The translations under genes and the position numbers were made by a program. From assembly GCF_000743755.1 (NCBI RefSeq), contig NW_014569471.1:1-37648 (forward strand): 37,648 bases of DNA, given 5' to 3'. Source of the DNA: Blastocystis sp. subtype 4. Its lineage: Eukaryota. Each line of letters starts with the position of its first letter. Position 1 is the first letter of the stretch. The notes beneath the pieces were generated by a model. That model saw only the letters and a program-made list of their open reading frames with translations, did not search any database and was not told where the DNA came from. This document shows positions 1 to 12,600 of the stretch, piece after piece.

Positions 1-1147
1 GAAAGAATGGTAAGTGTTTTGAGTATGAAGGAGGAAGAATGGTTAGAGAATGTGAATACAAGAATGGAGTAATGATGGGAGTATTGAGAGAATGGAAAGG
101 AGAATGTATGATTGAATATGATATGAATGGAATGAGAGTATATGAAGGAGGATTTGAAGGAGATATGATGAAAGGATTTGTTCGAGAAGGTAAAGGTAAA
201 GAGTTTGGAGTTAATGGAAAGAGTGCATTGTATGTAGGTGGATGGAAGAATGGAAAGAGAGAAGGATATGGAAGTGAATTCAAAGACTGTTTTCCTGTGT
301 ATATTGGAGAATGGAAGAATGGATTGAGAGATGGAGATGGAAAGGAATTGAATGAGAATGAAGAAGTGATAAGAAGTGGAAGATGGAACAAAGGAACATA
401 CGGTGTTGAGCAATTTGAAGATGGATATAGAAATGATTTGAGTGTATTTGATGTTGACTGTTTGAAAGGTATTGAGAGAGTTGAGATTGGAAATGATTGT
501 TTTGAGAAAGTGAATCGATTTGTGATTGATGGATTGAATGAATTGAAGAGTATGAAGATTGGAAAGAATAGCTTCAATTTCTATGATACTAGATGTGGAA
601 GCAATTGTGTGATAATGAATTGTGATCAATTGAGTGAAATCCACATTGGTTTTCAATCATTCTATTGGTATGAGTCATTTGAATTGAAGAATCTTCCTTC
701 TCTCATATCCATTCAATTGGATGATAAAGCATTCTGTAAGTGTTATTCAGTAGTATTTGAGAGTATGAATGATTGACTGACTGATGAATGAGATCTGACT
801 CGACTTCAATCCATCACTCTTGGATCATACGCTCTATTTGGTGACCATGAGACTAAACAATGGGCTGAATTGAAAATGAAGAGTATGAATGCTTTGATAT
901 TCACTGATCAGATCTTCCTTCTCTATCTTCATTCGAAGGAGATGGTAGCAATCTCGATTGGATAGACAGCGTGATATTGGATAGTAATGCTTGAGTTTGA
1001 CTTTGAATTAGATATTCCATTACTTACTGATGAAGGAATACAGATGAAAGGAAGATTCATATTTGAGGAAGTGAAAGAATTGCATAGTTCAAGTATGCTT
1101 GATTGACTGATAATGATTGAGATGCTGATTCTCTTGATCGATTCATT
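1..1147 (+). repeat. Left arm of ~1.15 kb inverted repeat (partner 36499-37648)
   Basis: The window start (gaaagaatggtaagtgttttgag...) is the exact reverse complement of the window end. The ORF-track proteins at 39..776 and 36867..37610 are near-identical. Confidence 0.97.
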
Positions 1148-1171
1148 AGAATGCATAGCAAACATCTTTAG
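1..1171 (+). CDS. MORN-repeat plus LRR-like (BspA-like) multicopy family protein, 5' end outside the window (copy A)
   Basis: MORN-like motifs (YEGGFEGD, YVGGWKNGKREGYG, YIGEWKNGLRDGDG) followed by LRR-like units (LKSMKIGKNSF, NLPSLISIQL). Introns at 763-792, 883-911, 984-1011 and 1093-1121; stop TAG 1169-1171; TGTTTGTT at 1215-1222. Confidence 0.8.
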
Positions 1172-1643
1172 AAGAATATCCATAATAACTGATTGTATCA
1201 TATACAAAAAATAATGTTTGTTGATAATCCATTCATTCACTCTTCACAATAGTGATCAGACTCCTGAATTCTCATTGGCTGAATCAGTGAAACAATTAAA
1301 TCACTTTGTATCAACAATTGATACAATGCAAATGATCATCTGAATGCATATCCAAATGAAAAGACCAATTCATCTTTTCCCTTGATCTATTTCAAACGTA
1401 ATTGAGTTCCAATCATAACGTATTCATTCCATCTTCAATCAGTAAGTCATGCCATCTCTACTACCAATCTTTCCAATCAATCACACATCATCCGTCTATT
1501 CCAAATACATTAATTAGGTAACAATGCATTCAAAATGAATTGTTACTATTAGAGGTATTTTTTCAATTCCATAGATCGTTTTACTGTAGTACGATTATTC
1601 CCTCTCTTTTTGTCATGAGCAATATCAATCTTATTTTTCCATA

Positions 1644-3039
1644 ATGGCAACAACGTATCCATTCTGGGAAAAGGAGCTGCAGACTATTTCGCTGTTGGTG
1701 GGCGGAGTGGGTGGATCTTTTGAGATTTCATTCGGTAGATTTCTCCTGATTGCTCCCTCTGTGTTACTGGAGTCCCGTCTCTAGAGAGACGAACTGCTGT
1801 TGAGCTTGTGATGAAAACGAAATCACTGGATTATTATGTGTATTCTTGTACATCTCACACAACCCTACGAGAAGTTCTTTCTGACTTTTGTAAATATATT
1901 TCTGTAGTGGATTTAAACAAACCTAATCAATAGAAACTTGTTTCACAGTCTTTTGTGGTGAAGTCTAATGGTGAACTGCTATTAGACATTCAAGAGTATT
2001 GTGATATGTATTACAAACAAAATGGAGAATGCAAATCTCCCTGTCTCTTAGTAGACATGGTAGGTGTTTGATTCCTGTTTACATCCAAGTGTGAAAATCT
2101 CAGCGATGAGGTATTCTATATGATCAACTCTTTATCGTCAAAAGTGGCCTTTTTGAATGTGATCATGCTAACGGTTACTCTGAACCCCTTTATTACCAAT
2201 TCATCGTACATCATTCATTTTCCAATTCTTTCTGATACCGAAATTAGAACCATTCTTCTATCTGACACTTCTTCCAAAGAAACGGAGTTGATTCGTATTG
2301 TTATTCATTATATCCTCCTCTTCTATTCATCTCAAACCAATTCACTCTCCGAATTACGTGCCTTACGAGATATGGTATTAGCTTATTGTTCCGATCATCA
2401 CTACACATGCTCCAATGAGAAAGAGATTCAATCATACATCACCTCTCTCCAGGATAGTCTTTTTGTAAATATTATGCCTGTGTTCTCAGAACACATGGAA
2501 TCCCTCTCTGACACTACGAATGCCATTCCACTTTCTGATTACTGTGGTATCGATATCTCATTCAATGCAAAATTGCTGTTGATTGCTGGATATCTGTGTT
2601 CAGTATACCCAGAATCGGAAGACCAACATCTCTTTGGACGTGATGATGAACAGCGTGTGAAAACGAAAGGACGAAGGAGGCGGAAAGTGAAACCAATAGG
2701 TCCTTCACTCGTAGAATATGGAATTCATTCTTATGTATAGAAATCAAGTACGTTTTCGATCAACCGACTCATTGCTCTTTATCAGTGTTTACGCCGATCG
2801 TATAAGAGAGCGAAACTTAGTCATTTCTAGGTTATTTCCCGATACTCAAGCTTCTTCGTGGAATTACGGTTTTCTTCTTTCTCAGATCTCAGTGCTAACA
2901 AAGTTAGGACTGTTAGCTCAGGTGGGCGCAACTGGAACTACCATCGAATTGAATCAACTTGTCTATCGATGTACGGCAAAGCGGACAAACATCTTGAATA
3001 TAGCTAAGAACATCAATTTTGATATTAGTCCTTATATCT
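1644..3039 (+). CDS. ORC5: Origin recognition complex subunit 5 (divergent); stop probably created by polyadenylation at 3039
   Basis: The C-terminal motifs AKLLLIAGYLCSVYP, FLLSQISVLTKLGLL and YRCTAKRTNILNIAKNINFDISPYI match the ORC5 C-terminal domain. ATG at 1644, first intron 1707-1738. Confidence 0.8.
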
Positions 3040-3132
3040 ACGTTGTTTCTTCATTCAAAGTTTGGTGGGACCAAAATACTTCATATTTAAACAAACAAAT
3101 CCGTGGATCTTTCAGGATTACCATTCTTTTGG

Positions 3133-4309
3133 ATGTCAACCCCTAAAATCACCAAGGTGGAGAAGATTACTACAGATAAACTTGCCGATGAAACGATGAA
3201 TGTTATTATTGAAATGCTTGACATTATCGTGAATCAAACGAAGCAAGGCAATCCGGATGACAGTATGTTACTCTTTGATGCTGTAATGTAGCTTTTATTC
3301 ATACTGGAAATGAACTCAAGTACTTTGGGGTGGGTCATCAATTGAAAATATCCAAGCTTGCTGATACCCTCTATAGTACGCTAAAAGATGTTATTGTGTT
3401 TGTGATCGAGGAAATGGCCAAAGACAGTGTTCAAGATTATAAGTTTATCGTTCCCAAACATACAAGTTATGTTGGCACAGTCGTGAAGGTGACTGCTTCT
3501 TTTCTTCTTCATTTTAGAGCGTGGCTCTTGATGTGATAGCACATAACCGATCCTACCGTGACTACATCGATATGCTTAGTCAAGGAACTGGAAAATATGC
3601 TTTTGATGTTCAGCAAGAGACTTTTCGGAATCTCTATCGAGATACAGTTCTTGCTCTCTATGGACGTGGCTTTCTGTTTGATGATGATCCCGAGTTACTA
3701 AACATTCAACATACAACCATAATCATTCCACCCAATGCGGTTTCTTCGGAAGAGCTTCTTCCTGCTCTTCCACAAACAGATTTTGATGTAAAACAAAGTC
3801 ATTCCGATGAAGGGTCTCGACTTGTAATCATCTAGATTCACCATAATGTCTAGATTGAGGAAGTATTCTCATTGAAAGGCTTGTCGCGAAGTCGAGTGAT
3901 TCTTCCCTACTTACGGCGTCTCTTTGAATCGAAGAAAGCAGCTACAGTGACAAGGAAGCGTGTACATCAGCTGGCTTCAAGAGTTGAACCTGATGACGAA
4001 ATTCTTCAGGCATTTCATGAGAAATTCAATGAGGTTATGGCTGTAGGAATGAGTGATGAGAATGATGCATAGAATTCACAGACAGAAATGGATTCAATAT
4101 CAGAGATTGTGCGTGGTCATTGCGCATTCAGTGCTTTGTCCTATTTGAGAGAGCATTTCCCAAAAGAACGGGTTGATGTAGTTGAACATTATTTGAATGC
4201 AGAAAAGATGTCAGGTTCGAAAGCTCGGAAACGATACCTGAAGGTTCCTTCAGGAAAACGAGTTCATTTTAACAGTGAGCTTTCGGAAAATGTAATACCC
4301 ATGTTTTAG
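3133..4309 (+). CDS. Spliced hypothetical protein with C-terminal KRVHF (RVxF-like) motif
   Basis: Five consecutive + strand ORF pieces can be joined by ~30 nt GT-AG introns. Starts MSTPKITKVEK at 3133; TAG 4307-4309; TCTTTGTT at 4321. Confidence 0.7.
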
Positions 4310-4333
4310 TAAGAACAAACTCTTTGTTATAAA

Positions 4334-5649
4334 TTACATAATAGCTTGCTCAATGAATTCGGCAATGTCTGTTAAAGTGAAAAACTGCTTATTTCTCAGC
4401 ATACTCTACAAGAATATTCATCCATTTATATATACTTTCAAATTGTACACGACAGTCTTATCAATATCCACACTGTCAATGTTCTTCACCTCCACTCGTT
4501 CTAACGTCTACTCCATTATTATCATAAACTAGATCCAACACGAGGATACTGTGGTGGGAGTTGGAGATCCACCATAATGCAATTCGAAAACACAATCCGA
4601 ATCTGACCATCAGCTCCTTCATTCACTACATAACGCAGACGAAGCGAACTTAGTTCATTTGCATAACGACGAGAAGAGTACATCACATACATCAAATCCA
4701 CCACAAACGTATTCCAATCAGTTCCAAGACTCTTCGATACAATCTCATCAAATTGAGGTAACAACCAATTGATTCTGGCCGAACAAAGCTTGTTGTTCTC
4801 ATCTGTTTCCATAATCAGTTCCCGCCTACTCTCAAATCACATTTGTAATCATACCCATCTTCAAACGTCATACTGATATTCTTACCCTCACTCTGGATGT
4901 CAAAGAGACCAAAACTGTGACGCATGATACGTTTCAGGCTATACAACCACAAAAGGGATTTGTGCGTAGCTGAACGATCTTCCAGATTTACCAAAGGAGA
5001 AGGAACTCCTTTAGCTTCATTCTCGGCTTGAAGTGTCTGTAAGCGTGCTTCTAACTCTTGACAACGTTTTTCGTATGTTCCCTTTTCTGCTGTAAGAGAT
5101 GCAATGGTAGCACTTTGTTTTGCTAGAATCACCTCCGCTTCCTTCTCGCTTAACGGAATTACCGTATTTTGAATATCAGAACCACAGTTCTCCTCCGACT
5201 GCTTCACTTCGGTGTACAGTGAAGTCACAGTGTTAATCAAATCCTTCTCTTTCTGTTGATATAATACAATTTCTATTATTTTATATTTCTATCATAGGTT
5301 TACTATCATTTACATCCGATACAAGCTGCTCAAACGCAGTGATCTCAATTTCCTTTCCAACTACAATTTCATCCTCTCTATGATATCCATACCATCCTTT
5401 TCGAATTGGAAAATCTGGTTACTATCTTGGTGAATCTCATTGAGAAGCGTCGACAGAGAATTGGATTGCGTCTACTTCATAACTCTCTCATCCCTTTCTT
5501 ACGCAAATATCTTTGATTTGATCATAGAAGTTATCGATATCTTCAAGAATGAAAGGATAGTAATGACTCCGTAGACTTTCGTCAATCTCTCCAAGCATTC
5601 TACTGCATTAGCTCCATTCAATAGATACAAACCGTTGAATCTCCTCCAT
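4334..5649 (-). CDS. Coiled-coil protein with RWD-like C-terminus (possibly Knl1/Spc105 C-terminal-like)
   Basis: Spliced reading MEEIQRRMLGEIDESLRSHYYPF; heptad stretch TIASLTAEKGTYEKRCQELEARLQTLQAENE; RWD-like VDLQLPPQYP; TAA 4336-4334. The family assignment is tentative. Confidence 0.55.
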
Positions 5650-5745
5650 GACGATCAAATACAAAGCCATTAGCTGGAGAGTTTTCCGGGAAATTTCTCT
5701 CACTGAAGAAGGCATGGTTGTCAAAGAAACCTCTTGATATTCGTG

Positions 5746-8149
5746 ATGTCTACGCTCTTCTGGGATATATGTATTCTCTTTAAGGTTTCTTATCAATGCC
5801 TAGCCTGTCCCCCCTACCTTGCCTTTGCCGTCGGTGTCCAATGCGGCCAAAAGTTCCAATTCAAGGTAGATACTCTTGAAAATGGTGTGTGTCTGTTGAA
5901 GGATGGAGAGTAGGCGAGAATGAGAACTTCTTGTTATCCCGTAGAACTACAATCACTGGTGAAGACTCTATCTGTGACTATTTCATTTCGAAATGTTCTG
6001 ATCAGTCTCTCCTTGGAGGAGACGATGCAGCTACTGTGAAAGAATGGAGACAAACAGCTACCTCTATTACGAAGTAGATACATTTGAAAGGTGTATTCCG
6101 TGTAGAGAGAACGTATTAGAGCAGATCGAGAAACTCGATACTTATATTGCTACACGCACCTGTATTGTACGTAATACATTCACAATTGCTGATATCGCTA
6201 TGTGGGCAGCAATTAAGAGTACATTTTTCAGAATCTTCTCATAGGAAGGTACTGAGATTGAAATTCCTGCCAAATTCGGTTTCGCTACTCGTTGGTACAA
6301 TTATATCAGTGCCATTCCTTCCGTTAAGCAAACTCTGGGTCGTGTTGGTGGCTCTCTTCGTATGGCGGCGAAGCAGGCTGCTGCTCCTAAGAAGGAGATC
6401 AGCACCAAGAAAGGAGAGATTAGTTTAGATGGAACTCCGGAGTCAATGCCAGACCTGCCTTTCGCGGAGATGGGAAAGGTGATTACTCGATTCCCTCCTG
6501 AAGCCTCTGGTTACATGCATATTGGTCATGTAAAGGCTGCTATGTTGAATTATTACTACGCGAAGCGTTATCAGGGTAAATTGTTGCTCCGATTTGATGA
6601 TACCAACCCATCAAAGGAGAAGCAGGAATTCGAGACAAGTATCATTGATGACTTGGCAAAACTCGGAATTAAGGCTGATATATTCTCTCACACCAGTGAC
6701 TTCTTCGATGTGATTCTAAATTACGCGCGTCAGATGATTCGTGAAGGTCTCGCTTTTATGGACAATACAGATCAGGAAACAATGAGAAAAGAGAGAATGG
6801 AGCGAAAGGAGAGTAAAATGAGAAATACCTCACCTGAGGAGAATATGCGTCTCTTCGAGGCATTGTGTCGTGGTGAACCTGAAGTTCAAGATTATTGCTT
6901 GAGAGCTAAGATTGACATGAAGAGTGATAATGGAACAATGCGTGATCCTGTTCTAGTACGTTATTTCCCTCTTACTCATATTCGTACTGGAGATAAGTCT
7001 GAATTCATTGATGAATTGATTGATTAGGTACAAGGCGTATCCTTGTTATGATCTTGCTTGTCCTATTGTGGATAGTATTGAAGGTGTTACTCATGCCATG
7101 CGAACTACCGAGTATAAGGATCGTGATGAACAGTATATGTGGATTCAGAAGGCATTACGTCTGCGACCTGTTCATCTGGTGGAGTTTGCTAGACTTAATT
7201 TCCAGTATACCCTAATGAGTAAGCGTAAACTCACTTGGATGGTTGACCATCATGAAGTGGATGGTTGGGATGATCCTCGGTTCCCCACGGTAAAGGGAGT
7301 GTTACGTCGTGGTGTCCAAGTTGAGGCTTTGCGTGCTTTTATTCTCTCTCAAGTAGGTATTGAGCAAGGGGTTCATTGTAGGGTTTCTCAAAGCGTGTGG
7401 TGACTATGGAATGGGATAAGTTCTGGTCTGATAACAAGAAGATTCTGGAACGAAATGCCCTCCGTTTCATGGGAGTGATGAAGAGTGATTATGTGCTTCT
7501 GACGCTGACGAATGTCACAGAGGGCACGATCAAGGTGGCAAATCATCCTAAAGACGAGTCGAAGGGAACAAGTGATATTATGATTGGACCTAAGGTGATG
7601 TTGGAGAGAGCAGATGCTGAAGAGTTGAAGGAAGGAGAGGAATTCACTATGATGCGATGGGGCAATGCGAAGGTAACTTCGATTGAGCGAGATGAGGCCG
7701 GAGTTGTGATTGGTCTCACTGGAGAGTTTATTCCAAATGTTATTGTGATGATAGAGTATGATGAGTAGGGAGACTTCAAGAATACTGTGAAGGTGAACTG
7801 GGTTGCAGAGTCCCCTGCAAACCATGAAGTGACTGTGGTTGAATATGATGATCTTCTCACAAAGAAGACACTGGAGGAGAATGATAACTTTGAGGACTTC
7901 TTGACAAGTAAGGATCATCCTACTAAGATGGAGGTAGGGAATGAAATTGAGATTACTACTTAGTATACCGTGATTGTGAATAATGCTTGTAAGGGATTGA
8001 AGGAGAATCAGATTGTTCAGCTGGAGAGACGTGGATTCTATCGTTGTGATGTCCCTGATACTGAATCGACACCTGCTAGACTCATTCTCATTCCTGATGG
8101 AAAGAAGAAGGCTATGAGTAAGCTTTCGGGTGTCTTAGGTCATAAGTAA
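5746..8149 (+). CDS. GluRS: Cytosolic glutamyl-tRNA synthetase with N-terminal GST-like domain
   Basis: [15 protein letters not shown] (HIGH motif), RFDDTNP, LMSKRKL (KMSKS equivalent), [21 protein letters not shown]. The GST-like segment [12 protein letters not shown] precedes these. TAA 8147-8149; TGTTTGTT 8172-8179. Confidence 0.95.
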
Positions 8150-8171
8150 TGGAGTTGGGTTCAAAACGGGT

Positions 8172-8179
8172 TGTTTGTT
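8172..8179 (+). terminator. TGTTTGTT polyadenylation element (GluRS); second copy at 8272-8279
   Basis: Perfect motif 22 nt after the TAA. Confidence 0.8.
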
Positions 8180-8327
8180 AACCAATTGATTCTGGAGTAC
8201 TGTTTTATGCGAATCCAGATTATCTTTATGTAGAAGTACTGATAACAATAGTGCATTTAAAATATTATCACTGTTTGTTTGACAACTTGAATTCCTGTCA
8301 ATGTCATACTTTAATAGTTGTCATAGA

Positions 8328-9667
8328 ATGGATGATGTCTTCTCGTTCTCTAATGATCCTGCTCCGCTTGGGATCCTTCCAGGACCGACAATGAAAAGGT
8401 ACTTATGAATCTGCGGATCCAGTCTAGAACCTATACCCAGATATCAAGCCTGTCCTTTTCAAGCGATTCTCGTATCAATTGTATTTGTATATGCCCTGTT
8501 GCCTTTGGAAGCTACAAATACTTAGCTATTCTTTCTTCCAACACATGTTCAATGTATATCCTCTTTCTGCACATAATTCCATAGTTTCCGGGTCAACAAG
8601 GACGATTCAATCTCCCTTCTTCAAGCTTTCAATGATGACGATAAGACCGAAGTAAGGACCTTTCTGCAATTTCATTTTAGAACTTTGTTTGCTGTGATTG
8701 GGTTGTGAATGACAACACTAATGACTCGGATGTCTTTCTTATAGTAGGTGGTACTTCAGGTTATATCAAAGTGTTGAATCTAACTCAGCGTACCGTTTCA
8801 CAGGTTCATTTATCTTCTTCTACTCATTATCAGATCCTATCGGGGCATTGTGGAGCAGTCAGGTGTATAAAATCTGTCCAACGCAACTCCTACCTGATTC
8901 TATCGGTTTGATCCTTTTCTAACACTTCATTGTAGGGAGGAATTGATGGGACGTTACGAATGTGGGATATCCGAAGACGAACAAATCTCCAGATAACTCG
9001 ATTTGGGAATAACTTTGATGACTTAACTTGGATTGATGTTGGAGTCCGAGGCGATCGCTTTGTCTGTAGTGATATATTGGGAGCTGTTATTGTGTATTCT
9101 TTCCAAGATGAAGATTTTGTTGAAGAGAGTATTATTTATGTGAGTATGATGACAGAATCTTAATTCCAGAAATCTAATTGTGCTCCTGTTCTGTGGGTTG
9201 GTCGTCTACTTCTCAGTGTTGTGGATGACTTATGTTCTTTGTTCACACCATTTCTGCAAAATAATTCCTTGGTTATCAAGGTGTATAAGCAGTTTCATTC
9301 AAATTCGTTTCCTCAACTTTTCTGTCTCAATCATGACGCTTCAGTTCTAGCTATTCTGTCTGAAGGGTTTATTGAGTTCTTCCATGTCGATACGGATTCA
9401 CAGCCATTTTCTTCTCTTTCTATTAGTTTTGTAGCATTGAGTGATATGAATGACTTCTAGCTTTCCAGTCCTCCTCTGTCTATTTCATTTTGTCTAACAG
9501 ACGAGTATCTACTTGTTGTTACAAAGAAAGGAACAATTTCCCTTTTCGTTGCGGAGCCTGAACCTTCTATAGCTTCTGGAACAATGGCCCTTCCTCTGTT
9601 CCCTTTTGACGACTTGGACAAGACGTCACAATCTTATGACTTCTATGGTAGTGATATAAGCATCTAA
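8328..9667 (+). CDS. EED: WD40 protein, divergent EED/ESC/FIE-like (PRC2 subunit)
   Basis: Spliced ISLLQAFNDDDKTENFVCCDW...VGGTSGYIKVLN...LSGHCGAVRCI...LILSGGIDGTLRMWDI parallels EED LLQSYVDADADENFYTCAW...AGSRGIIRIIN...VGHGNAINEL...LLLSVSKDHALRLWNI. An alternative in-frame ATG lies at 8301; TAA 9665-9667. Confidence 0.65.
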
Positions 9668-9689
9668 CTAATGTATGTTCACAAACACA

Positions 9690-12600
9690 TCAATCCATCA
9701 AATATTCATCAAACACCACATCATCCTCAAATTCCTCAGCATTCAGTGCATCATCTTCTATATCTTCTTCAATTACTTCCTTTATTCCCTTCTTCACTTG
9801 TTCTTCATCTCCTGTCACTTCAATTTCTAGTTTCTTCTCCACATCCAGACCCACAACTGAATCACACAGTACTAAGACACGCAACGATTCGTGACGCACC
9901 TTCCGTAGTGTCACACTCAATCGTATCATCGTGTGACGAATCACAGAGGTTCGTTTCCAGGCCTAATTCTTACTTCACTTCTTCATTCCTACCAGAATAC
10001 GTCCCTCTCCGTCTATTACACTCACGAAATACGAGTAATTCTTTGGTTTCTTGAAGCGGGGCGCATTCACACGTTGAGGAACAGCTCGAGCCAGACTCAA
10101 GTGTACACAGAACTCATATTCCTTCTCTACTAATAGCAATGATGGATCCGACAAAATCTGGCCGGATTCTGTCACATCTACACTTAAGATGAGTTCAGGG
10201 AGGTTCTGGAAGGCTTTGACAATCTATGATTTAGTGAATTCAACAATTCTCTACTTTTTCTGTCAATTTACGTTCGCAACGACAATGATTTAATATCTCC
10301 AAAATCTGCGTTTCCGATTTTCCTCTCAAATCTCGCAATTCACAAATACCCTCCTTATTCAATCGTTTTACAAGAGCATTGTCAATGCCATCAATCTGAA
10401 GTAACTGAGAATTATATGGCATCAGGGCTTGTATGAGCAGTGGCATAGTGTTCATGATTAACAAGAGTTGTGATGACTGTTTTATCTCAAATGCAATATC
10501 AGCCAATGCATTGATTAGACGAATACTATTGTCAAGAATGCTATTCTGATCATTCAAAAAGTCTGTGATGGGAAGAGGAAGTCTCTGCATGAATGCTTGA
10601 AGTAACATGTAGACCTTCAGATGCTGGTCATTGAAGTTAGCATCGTCAGGCAGAGACCAGTATATTTCATTTGCAAATGCTTCCAATGTTTGGTCTTCAT
10701 TATGGCGGAGAGGTGCAGGATCATACTCACTGGCTGCTGAGATCAGCTGGAGGAGTGATGGAATCGAATCGATTTCTCGTAATCGTTCTGCAAATGCATG
10801 AACAGTGGTATATTGAATATAATAGAAGCTGGCTATGATACCGAGTCGTTTGGGTGACACTTGATTGTTCTCTTTCAACTCAATACAACCGGCTGACTGT
10901 AAGTCTTGTAAAACTCCGAGCAATATGGTTAAGAGGAATGATTGGAATTCTTCTACAGAGTTTCCATAAAGACCGTAATACGATGGATTTGCAAGTAATC
11001 TTCGATAGAAGAACGTCCAACTAATATAATCAACCACATCCTGCAAAGAATGGAGATTTCCCGCGGCAATTTCAGCATTGATATGATCATGAAGATGCTT
11101 ATGAAGTGATGATTCTACGGGGAAAGGTTCATACAGAAACTTCTTATAATAGTTCTTCTTGATATCATGAACCATTACACATGCGACTCCTTCTGAATCG
11201 AATTGAGGTCTGCCAGCACGTCCCATCATCTGAAGGACATCTGTAATAGGATAGTCAATGAAACGACATTGTAAGGCGTCAAAGAACTCCGTTCCTTTGA
11301 CAACAACAAGATAAGCAGGTAGATTCACTCCCCAAGCTAGTGTGGATGTACTACACAGGAGTTGAATCTTCTCTTGAGAGAAGAGTCGTTCAACGATCAT
11401 TCGGTCATTCGCACACAGACCAGCATGGTGAATACCAACTCCAAATGGAAGGGTTTCTTTCAAATTGGAGTCTCTGACTTGATCAACAATCACACGCATT
11501 TCATCTGAACTCATATGAAGCCACTGGAAAGGATCATCAAATGCAGCATAATTGATCAATCCGAACGCTGTTAGTCTGGTTTGACGACGTGACGAAACGA
11601 ACACTAGAACAGGTTTCTTGGGAGAATACTGGCGAATTGCAGTATAAGCTGGTTTATTCATGGTAGCCATACGAGGACAGTAATATTTGCCTGGATAGCC
11701 AGAGATATGAACTTGCAGCTGAACAGGTCGGACACTGTGACTGAAGTTGTAAAGACCCGTTCCTGAGATACCCAGCCAGTCACCCAGATCTGTAGCATTT
11801 GCTAAAGCAGTACTCAGTCCAATCACACGAATATGCTTCTGTTGTTTCTGGGAGATGAATCGAAGACGAGATACAATAACTTCAATGATAGGACCACGAT
11901 CAGCACCCAACAAATGAATCTCATCAAGAATAATTAGTGAAACCTTCTTCACATACTCACGCTGTTCCCACATTCGACTTACTCCATCCCACTTCTCAGG
12001 TGTAGTCACAATAATATCAGCTCGTTGTAACTGACCTAGTTCAGGAGCAGAATCACCTGTAAGTTCAATAACACGGTGATGTAATCGAGTCTCGAATTTA
12101 TCCTTCCAATCCAATAATTTCTCTCGAACCAATGATTTGAGAGGGCCAATATAAACAGCTTTCTCTCCTTTGTGAGCTTCTAAGAGACGCATCACAGCCA
12201 GCTCAGCTACAACAGTCTTACCTGAGCCTGTGGGAGCACAAACCAACATATTATCATCTGTGTGGAAGCTCTTAAAGAACACTTGAGACTGTACTGCATT
12301 GAAGTGGGTGAAATGATAGAAACTCTGATAACCGCGGTTATGTAATACTGTGACAGGAAGAGGATCCAAATCCAGAAGAGGAGTTTGCTTCTTTTTGTCA
12401 TTGGGCATTCGTAAGCCTGCAAGAGGCAAATATACTTCCACATCACTTCCAATCCAGTGATCACTGCAGACTCGAAGTGTGAAATAGTCAGGGAGAGGGG
12501 GGAATACTGGAATTGCAAATTCCAAGCATTGTTCATCATTACGTTTCTTGTAGGGAATAGAAAGTTCTTCTGAATAGAGAATGGAGTGATTGTCAGGATT

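Noticed and set aside
1230..1600. Possible decayed LRR remnant or ncRNA in the longer spacer (also 36070-36470)
   Set aside because: Only a faint resemblance (ttaggtaacaatgcattcaaa), with no sustained frame or recognisable RNA structure.
9671..10133. His/Ser-rich + strand ORFs and similar antisense ORFs (e.g. 13988-14467, 7388-7918, 32435-32788)
   Set aside because: They are shadows of well-supported genes on the opposite strand and have no independent motifs.
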